A stretch of 32,000 nt of DNA from Paracoccus suum (GTDB lineage Bacteria > Pseudomonadota > Alphaproteobacteria > Rhodobacterales > Rhodobacteraceae), in the NCBI RefSeq assembly GCF_003324675.1, contig NZ_CP030918.1, positions 2,880,001 through 2,912,000 on the forward strand, in the 5' to 3' direction. Both the position numbers and the translations under genes were made by a program. Shown one piece after another: positions 26,524-32,000 of the stretch (positions within the stretch are counted from its first letter, which is position 1; every line of letters begins with the position of its first letter). The notes under the pieces are model-generated. The model was not told the DNA's origin. It did not search any database and worked only from the letters and a program-made list of their open reading frames with translations.

Positions 26524-27371
26524 GACCGGGCCTCGACTGGCAACGGCCGAGCCATGGCAGGCGGACGAAGGTTCGAAGGCCGCAGGTAGAGCGGCAGCGT
26601 GACCGCGAGATAGGCGGCCCAGACCAGCACCTCGCCCACGGTCGGGGTGTCGTCATAGCCGAGGATGCCGGCCAGCACCGTGCCGAACACGCTGGAGGTC
26701 GGCAGCATCGCGCTGAGGTCCACCACCACCAGCTGCAGATGGTTCCAGACCCCGGCCTCGTGCAGGTTGCGCATGACGCTGGCCAGCAGGCCGGCGGCGA
26801 CGAACAGGATCAGGATGCCGGTCCATCGGAAGAACAGGCGCAGGTTGATACGCACCCCGCCGCGATAGATCAGCAGGCCGACCAGGATCGAGACCGCGAC
26901 CCCGGCCAAGGCGGCCAGCGGCATCATCGGGCCAGGGCTTTGCTGGAAGATCGCCAGCAGGAAGAACACCGATTCCAGCCCCTCGCGGGCGGTGGCAAAG
27001 AATGCCATTCCGAGCAGCGCCCAAGTGGCGCCGGTCGGCGCCGCCAGCGCGCGGTCGACGCCGCCCTGCAGCCCGTCCCGCATCGAAACGGAGGCGCGGC
27101 GCATCCAGAATACCATCCAGGTCAGCACGCCCACGGCGATCAGTCCGACCACCGCCTCGAAGGCCTCTTGGGCTTTTTGCGGGAACTCGCCGCTGAGGGT
27201 CAGCAGGGCAGCGCCGGCGAATAGCGACAGGGCGATGGCCAGCAGAACGCCGATCCAGATCACCGGCAACCAGGCGCGACGGCCGGTGCGGTGCAAGTAT
27301 GAGGCGATGATGCCGACGATGAGGGCAGCCTCGAGCCCCTCGCGCAACATGATGAGGAATGGTGCGAGCAT
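26520..27371 (-). CDS. efeU: FTR1/EfeU family high-affinity iron permease
   Basis: Two REGLE-type motifs are present (MLREGLEAALIV and TAREGLESVFFL) within seven predicted TM segments. Confidence 0.9.
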   Translation of the reverse strand: MLAPFLIMLREGLEAALIVGIIASYLHRTGRRAWLPVIWIGVLLAIALSLFAGAALLTLSGEFPQKAQEAFEAVVGLIAVGVLTWMVFWMRRASVSMRDGLQGGVDRALAAPTGATWALLGMAFFATAREGLESVFFLLAIFQQSPGPMMPLAALAGVAVSILVGLLIYRGGVRINLRLFFRWTGILILFVAAGLLASVMRNLHEAGVWNHLQLVVVDLSAMLPTSSVFGTVLAGILGYDDTPTVGEVLVWAAYLAVTLPLYLRPSNLRPPAMARPLPVEARS

Positions 27372-27438
27372 CAGAGGTGCCTCGCGGGTAAGTTGGAACC
27401 GGACATCAGCGCATCTCCATGCACGCCGCGCTTCGACC

Positions 27439-27560
27439 CAAAACGAATCAAGGGTGAAGTCCTACGTAATTAGTCGACATTCCACCAGCGCGCAAATTAC
27501 GCAAGCGGGCGCAGCGTCGCGCCTGCGGAATAATTGCGTGATCAGGATCAGTTATCGCGC
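27439..27560 (-). promoter_or_regulatory. Candidate promoter/operator region of the efe operon: a relatively AT-rich island containing several palindromes
   Basis: Elements read directly: (1) CGCAAATTA (27491-27499) paired with TAATTGCG (27531-27538), flanking an inner 8-bp stem GCGGGCGC/GCGCCTGC (27505-27526). (2) TGATC-AG-GATCA at 27539-27550. (3) TACGTAATTAGTCGAC at 27464-27479. The regulatory function is inferred from position only. Confidence 0.25.
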
Positions 27561-27765
27561 CAGGAGGGGCGCCGAATGGCGCGGGCGCTACGCCAGGCGG
27601 CGGTCGAGCGAAGGCCGCAGGCGTCTGAGCGGCCAAAACGAGGCAGCTGTTGCCGCGACAATTCACGAGCCAGTCGCCCAGCCATCCGTGCCTGGAAAGA
27701 CCGGCTTATTTGGGTGTGTCAGTTCGTGGCCTCACCACCAGGGCGAACGTGCCCTTTCGCCGGGC

Positions 27766-28500
27766 CTACAAATCCGTGCTGTTGGGCAGGATCACAAGAT
27801 CGCGGATCACGACATTGCGGGGGCGGGTCAGCATGAACAGCACCGCCTCGGCGACCTCGCGCGGCTGCATCAGGCTGCCGTTCGCCAATGCCTCTTCCAT
27901 CTTGGCCTTGGGCCAGTCGTCCAGCAGCGCTGTCACGACGGGGCCGGGCAGCACCGCTCCCATGCGGATGCCATGCTGGCTGACCTGGCGGCGCGTGGCA
28001 TGCAGGAACGCCTGCACCGCGAATTTCGAGGCGGTGTAGATCGGCTCCCATACCACGGGCACGACGCCGGCGACGCTGCTGGTAAAGATGATGTCGCCGG
28101 TCTTGCGCTCGATCATCGCGGGCAGCACGGCCCGCACGCTGCGGAAGGCGGCGTTGATGTTGAGGTTCAGCATCCGGTCCCAGGCGTCGGGGTCCCCCTC
28201 GGCCGCGGCGCCGCCGATATAGGCCCCGGCATTGGCATGAAGGATGTCCAGCGGCGCGCCGAGCAGGCCCTCGATCTGCCCCAGCATGCCCGACACCTGC
28301 GGCCCGTCCAGCAGATCGATTACCAGCGGATGCGCGGCCGGTCCCAACTCGGCGCACAGCGCCTGCAGCCGGTCCTGCGCGCGGTCGATCAGCACGACCT
28401 GCGCGCCGGCCTCGATCATGATGCGGGCACATTCCAGACCGATCCCGGAGGCGGCCCCGGTTACGGCCGCCGTCTTGCCCTGCAAATCTACGCTCATCAC
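27766..28500 (-). CDS. Short-chain dehydrogenase/reductase (SDR), probably a sugar or polyol dehydrogenase
   Basis: The cofactor motif is [15 protein letters not shown]. The catalytic motif is YTASKFAV (YxxxK), with an upstream serine in FTSSVAG. It lies 10 nt downstream of the ABC permease gene. Confidence 0.85.
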   Translation of the reverse strand: MMSVDLQGKTAAVTGAASGIGLECARIMIEAGAQVVLIDRAQDRLQALCAELGPAAHPLVIDLLDGPQVSGMLGQIEGLLGAPLDILHANAGAYIGGAAAEGDPDAWDRMLNLNINAAFRSVRAVLPAMIERKTGDIIFTSSVAGVVPVVWEPIYTASKFAVQAFLHATRRQVSQHGIRMGAVLPGPVVTALLDDWPKAKMEEALANGSLMQPREVAEAVLFMLTRPRNVVIRDLVILPNSTDL

Positions 28501-28510
28501 CCCAGTCCCT

Positions 28511-29764
28511 TTATGCGCGGCCGTGGCTGGCGCGCGAGCGCCGGGCGAGTGAGTCGACGATCACCGCGATGGCCAGAACCGCGCCGGTGATCATGTAGCG
28601 CAGGGACGAGCTGAGGTTCAGCAGCGTCAACCCGTTCGAGATCGCCTGGATGACCAGGATGCCCAGGAGCGCCGACCAGGCCGAGCCGCGCCCGCCGAAG
28701 AGCGAGGTGCCCCCGATCACCGCCGCCGCGATGGCGTTCAGGTTCACGTCGCCGGTCCCGGCCTGCTGGCTCGCGCTGGCGAGGCGCGAGGCAGAAAATA
28801 CCCCGCCCAACGCCGCGAAAGTCGAGCAGAGCATAAAGGCCGAGGTGCGGATGCGGCGGACATTGATGCCCGACCGGCGCGCGGCCTCGGCATTGCCGCC
28901 GACCGCGAACAGCGAGCGTCCCCATTTGGTGCGTGTCAGCATGTAGTGCATGATGACGACGAACAGCACGAACACCGCGAACATCCACGGAATGCCGCGC
29001 CCCTTGCTGAGATAGAACACCGCCGCCAGCAGCGCCGCGGTCAGCAGCGCCGCCTTGGCCAGCACGACGGTCATTCCGCCACTGGACAGATCGGCCGCGG
29101 CGCGCGCTCGTTCCGTCCGCAACCCGGTCAGGATCAGGACCGCGCCGGGCACGATCGCCAGCAGGTAGGACAGCCAGTCGGGCATGATCATGATCTGCCC
29201 GAACTTCACCAGCGGCGAGGCGTAGGGCAGGTTGATCGAACCGGTCGGCCCGAGGATGTAAAGCTGCAGCCCCAGCAACGCGAGCAGACCCGAAAGGGTG
29301 GCGACAAAGCTGGGCATCTCGAAGCGGTTGCGCAAAAAGCCGTAGATCCCCCCAACCGCCATGCCAGAGACGATTGCGGCCGCGATGGCGACCACGACCG
29401 GCAAGCCGCTGTTGACCCACAGCACGCCGACGATGGCCGAGGCCAGCCCGCTCATCGAGCCGATGGACAGGTCGATCTCGCCCAACAGCAGCACGAAGAT
29501 CACGCCGAGCGAGATCAGGCCGACGGCGGCGGCGTCGAACAGCAGGTTGACTAGGTTGTTGGGCGCCAGGAAAACTGGGTTCAGCGTGCTGAACACGACC
29601 GAAATGATCAGCAGGCCGGCCACCACGGGAAGCATCCCCAGATCGCCCGAGCGCACGCGGTCGACGAAGGCGTGCATGGCACCGGAAAGGCCCTCGTCAT
29701 GGCGCACGCGGACATCGGCGCGGTCCAGCCGCGGGGTGGTCGGGGTCGTTTCGGGATCGGTCAT
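28511..29764 (-). CDS. Sugar ABC transporter permease (XylH-like, CUT2 family)
   Basis: This is a 417-aa polytopic protein with an extended cytoplasmic N-terminus. Blocks typical of xylose/ribose-type permeases are present, including GEIDLSIGS and [11 protein letters not shown]. Confidence 0.85.
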   Translation of the reverse strand: MTDPETTPTTPRLDRADVRVRHDEGLSGAMHAFVDRVRSGDLGMLPVVAGLLIISVVFSTLNPVFLAPNNLVNLLFDAAAVGLISLGVIFVLLLGEIDLSIGSMSGLASAIVGVLWVNSGLPVVVAIAAAIVSGMAVGGIYGFLRNRFEMPSFVATLSGLLALLGLQLYILGPTGSINLPYASPLVKFGQIMIMPDWLSYLLAIVPGAVLILTGLRTERARAAADLSSGGMTVVLAKAALLTAALLAAVFYLSKGRGIPWMFAVFVLFVVIMHYMLTRTKWGRSLFAVGGNAEAARRSGINVRRIRTSAFMLCSTFAALGGVFSASRLASASQQAGTGDVNLNAIAAAVIGGTSLFGGRGSAWSALLGILVIQAISNGLTLLNLSSSLRYMITGAVLAIAVIVDSLARRSRASHGRA

Positions 29765-29765
29765 G

Positions 29766-30569
29766 TCAGGCCTCTACCGTCTGCATCTTGCGGGCCTCGC
29801 GGCGCGATACGGAATTGTCGGCAAGGCCGGTGATGGCGGCGACCAGCGACTCGTGCGGGCTGTCGGCGGTGAACTCGCCATTATTGCGGCCGAGGCGCAA
29901 CACGACGATCCGGTCGGCGACCGCGCGGACATCAGCCATGTTGTGTGAGATCAGGATCACGCCATGGCCGCGGTCGCGTACCCGCTCGATCAGGTTCAGC
30001 ACCTCGGCCGTCTGGGCGACGCCGAGCGCGGCGGTCGGCTCGTCCAGCATGATGATCTTGGGGTCGAGCAGCAGCGAGCGGGCGATGGCGACGGTCTGGC
30101 GCTGCCCGCCGGAGAGCGAGGCGATGGGCTCGCGCACCGAAGGGATGCGCGCCGCAAGTTCGCGCAGCAGTTTCCAGGCGCGGACCTCCATCTGGACCTC
30201 GTCCAGTGCCCAGGGTCCGACCTCTTGCCCCAGGAAAAGATTGGCCACGACATCCAAGTTCTCGCACAGGGCAAGGTCCTGAAAGACGGTAGCGATGCCC
30301 ATGTCGAGGGCCTTGGCGGGACTGTCGAGGGTAACCTCGCGATCCAGAAAGCGGATGGTCCCGGTGGTCGGCTGGTGCACGCCGGCCAGGATCTTGACGA
30401 GGGTCGACTTGCCGGCACCGTTGTCGCCGACCAGCGCCACGACTTCGCCGGCACGAACCTCAAGCTCGATGTCCGACAGCGCGGTCACGGCGCCGAACTG
30501 CTTCGAGACCCCGCTGAGGCTGAGAAGCAGATCGCCCTTGCGCGAGCGTTCCGAGGGTGTTGCTGCCAT
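29766..30569 (-). CDS. Sugar ABC transporter ATP-binding protein, single nucleotide-binding domain (half-size for CUT2)
   Basis: Motifs present: Walker A GDNGAGKST, signature LSGGQRQ, Walker B IIMLDEPTAAL, H-loop ISHN. I prefer the ATG at 30569. The alternative GTG at 30590 lies inside the hairpin stem at 30590-30619. Confidence 0.85.
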   Translation of the reverse strand: MAATPSERSRKGDLLLSLSGVSKQFGAVTALSDIELEVRAGEVVALVGDNGAGKSTLVKILAGVHQPTTGTIRFLDREVTLDSPAKALDMGIATVFQDLALCENLDVVANLFLGQEVGPWALDEVQMEVRAWKLLRELAARIPSVREPIASLSGGQRQTVAIARSLLLDPKIIMLDEPTAALGVAQTAEVLNLIERVRDRGHGVILISHNMADVRAVADRIVVLRLGRNNGEFTADSPHESLVAAITGLADNSVSRREARKMQTVEA

Positions 30570-30589
30570 GTCGTTCCCCGTCTTTTGCA

Positions 30590-30619
30590 CGGGCCGCGAG
30601 GCAATAGCCCCGCGGCCCG
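30590..30619 (-). promoter_or_regulatory. Intercistronic stem-loop between the binding-protein gene and the ATPase gene
   Basis: It has a 9-bp perfect GC-rich stem, CGGGCCGCG (30590-30598) paired with CGCGGCCCG (30611-30619), and a 12-nt loop. On the minus strand it begins 10 nt after the SBP stop codon. This position is typical of mRNA-stabilising or attenuating hairpins in ABC operons. Confidence 0.4.
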
Positions 30620-30629
30620 CAGGTTCTTT

Positions 30630-31679
30630 TTATTTCTTGATGCCGGCCGCATCGCAGGCGGCGGCATATTCGCCAGTGCAGACCTGGTCGTAGGTCTGGA
30701 CGCCCTTGTCAAAGATCTCGGCTTTGATGTTTTCCTTGGTCACGACGACCGGCACGAACAGCTGCGATGGGGTGTCGTAGAGGGTGGCCTTGGCCTCGGG
30801 CGCCTTGCCCTCGACAAAGCCGACCGCGATTTCAGCAGCGGCGCGGGCCACGATCTCGGACGGTTTCGAGATGGTGTTGTACTGGTCACCCGACAGGATC
30901 AGTTGCAGCGCCGCGATGGTCGCGTCGTTGCCGGTGACCGGCGGGATCGGCGTGACGCCAGCCGCCTTCAGCGCGGCAATGGCGCCCCCGGCGGTGCCGT
31001 CGTTGGCCGCGGCGATTCCCTTGATCTCGTCGCCAAACCGGGTGATCTGGCCGGCGGTCCATTCCTGGGCCTTGGGCGGCGCCCATTCGGGCGTGTCGTA
31101 TTCGGCCAGCGTCTTGTAACCCGAGGCCGCCAGCGATTCGCGCTCGCCGTCGCGGATCAGGCCGGCGGCGGCGTCGGTGGCCGAGCCGTTGATCTGCAGA
31201 ACGCCCGCACCGTCGGGAACGCCCGCAGCTTTCATGTGATCGACCAGCGACTTGGCGATAGCGGCGCCGATTCCCTTGTTGTCGAACGAGACGTAGTAAT
31301 CCGCCGGCTTGTCCGGGATAGGCCGGTCATAGGCGATGATCTTCACGTCCTGCGAATGGGCAATCTCGACCAGGGCGGCGGCGGCGGCGCTGTCCACGGG
31401 GTCAAGGACGACGACCTTGGCGCCCTGCGCGATGACCGAGTTGAACTGCTGCTGCTGCAGCGCGGCGTCGCCATTCCCGTTCTGGTAGATCACCTGGCAA
31501 TCGGCGCAAAGCTCGGCCATGGCGGCCTTGAAGCCGGGGAAATCATGCTCCTCATAGCGGGTCGAGGCCTGGTCGGGCATCAGGAACGCGACCGTGGCGC
31601 CGGCCGCCATCGCGCCACCTGCCCCAAGAATGCCTGCGGCGAGCGCCGCAGCGGCCGCGATCGTTGTAGTGGTTTTCAT
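30630..31679 (-). CDS. Periplasmic sugar-binding protein, XylF-like (CUT2 ABC transporter substrate-binding protein)
   Basis: The ATG at 31679 is preceded by GGGAGGA. The signal peptide is MKTTTTIAAAAALAAGILGAGGAMAA. Blocks resembling E. coli XylF include IIAYDRPI, YYVSFDN and NDGTAGGAIAALKAAG, followed by KPSEIVARAAAEIAV. Confidence 0.85.
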   Translation of the reverse strand: MKTTTTIAAAAALAAGILGAGGAMAAGATVAFLMPDQASTRYEEHDFPGFKAAMAELCADCQVIYQNGNGDAALQQQQFNSVIAQGAKVVVLDPVDSAAAAALVEIAHSQDVKIIAYDRPIPDKPADYYVSFDNKGIGAAIAKSLVDHMKAAGVPDGAGVLQINGSATDAAAGLIRDGERESLAASGYKTLAEYDTPEWAPPKAQEWTAGQITRFGDEIKGIAAANDGTAGGAIAALKAAGVTPIPPVTGNDATIAALQLILSGDQYNTISKPSEIVARAAAEIAVGFVEGKAPEAKATLYDTPSQLFVPVVVTKENIKAEIFDKGVQTYDQVCTGEYAAACDAAGIKK

Positions 31680-32000
31680 CTGAATCCTCCCTGTAGCGCT
31701 TGCACCAAGCAGGTTTGCCGCGTTAGCGCAATCACTACCTCTCGCGCGCCCTGCCGGCCGCCCAGTCGCCCGCCGAGCGTTGTGCCAGATCGCACGCCTG
31801 TCAAGCTGTGTACATTGGCGATAGCGGCAAATTCGGCGTCGGCTAACCGGCCGCGTGGAACGACGCCCCAAGCGTGAATGTCCTGAGCACCGATGAACCG
31901 CGTGTCGCACCGCCGAGGGAACATATGCGTGGTCGAAGGCTTATGGTCCTTAGTGCCAAATTGACCCACACTGAACGACTGAGGCCCTGATCATCGCTGG

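Noticed and set aside
27539-27560. Calling a bona fide Fur box upstream of efeU
   Set aside because: Only the first GATAA and scattered positions match the 19-bp Fur consensus as I remember it. Alphaproteobacteria often use other iron regulators, so I kept this only as a generic candidate operator.
27575-27836. Plus-strand small ORF (MARALRQAAVERRPQ...) with a perfect AGGAGG located 8 nt upstream of its ATG
   Set aside because: Third-position G/C is only moderate for this genome. The product is Arg/Cys/Pro-rich, and the ORF runs into the 3' end of the SDR gene on the opposite strand. It is probably a chance RBS, although it could be checked with ribosome profiling.
26992-28590. 532-aa ORF on the plus strand
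   Set aside because: It lies antisense to efeU and the SDR gene and crosses the intergenic region. It has no recognisable motifs.
29964-31877. 637-aa ORF on the plus strand
   Set aside because: It lies antisense to the ABC ATPase and the XylF-like binding-protein genes. This is a shadow ORF.
31911-32000. Lower-GC sequence at the right edge (…TGAACGACTGAGGCCCTGATCATCGCTGG) as a possible IS-element end
   Set aside because: It is truncated by the window edge. No transposase ORF or matching inverted repeat is visible, and the TGA… start alone is not diagnostic.
1-32000. CRISPR arrays, tandem repeats, integrases, transposases, toxin-antitoxin pairs and known defence genes
   Set aside because: I scanned the intergenic regions and the ORF translations. 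I saw no regularly spaced direct repeats and no recognisable motifs of these classes.

Overview
This is a high-GC alphaproteobacterial (Rhodobacteraceae-like) chromosomal window that is almost fully coding. All calls come from reading the sequence and the supplied translations by eye; no searches were run.

Gene content, left to right:
- The 3' part of a phnE-type phosphonate permease.
- A minus-strand ECF-sigma operon: His-rich DUF305 protein, secreted YVTN beta-propeller, ECF sigma factor, and an anti-sigma factor that is split by a frameshift. It faces a divergent Tat-signal DJ-1/PfpI gene.
- A gap of about 0.94 kb with no intact gene, ending at the 3' end of tRNA-Thr(GGU).
- The conserved core block murA, DUF2948, GNAT, hisD, UPF0262, LMW-PTP.
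- A soluble tandem-PAS chemoreceptor.
- ctaA followed by an M32 carboxypeptidase, with overlapping stop and start codons.
- A SpoU/TrmJ-like methyltransferase, an SRPBCC protein, and a CpdB-like nucleotidase with no leader peptide.
- The SRP (4.5S) RNA.
- A divergent pair: an OYE-type flavin/Fe-S oxidoreductase and a FAH-family hydrolase.
- The iron-uptake operon efeU-efeO-efeB-efeM.
- A xylFGH-like sugar ABC operon with a half-size ATPase and a trailing SDR dehydrogenase.

I recognised no CRISPR array, IS element, integrase, toxin-antitoxin pair or known defence genes. I did not find a convincingly novel multi-gene system.

The items most worth a second look are:
- the ECF-controlled periplasmic DUF305/beta-propeller module, with its palindromic GGAAT promoter region and frameshifted anti-sigma gene;
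- the decayed, structured gap next to tRNA-Thr;
- the long palindromic leader upstream of the efe operon.

The many long ORFs antisense to the called genes are treated as high-GC shadow ORFs.
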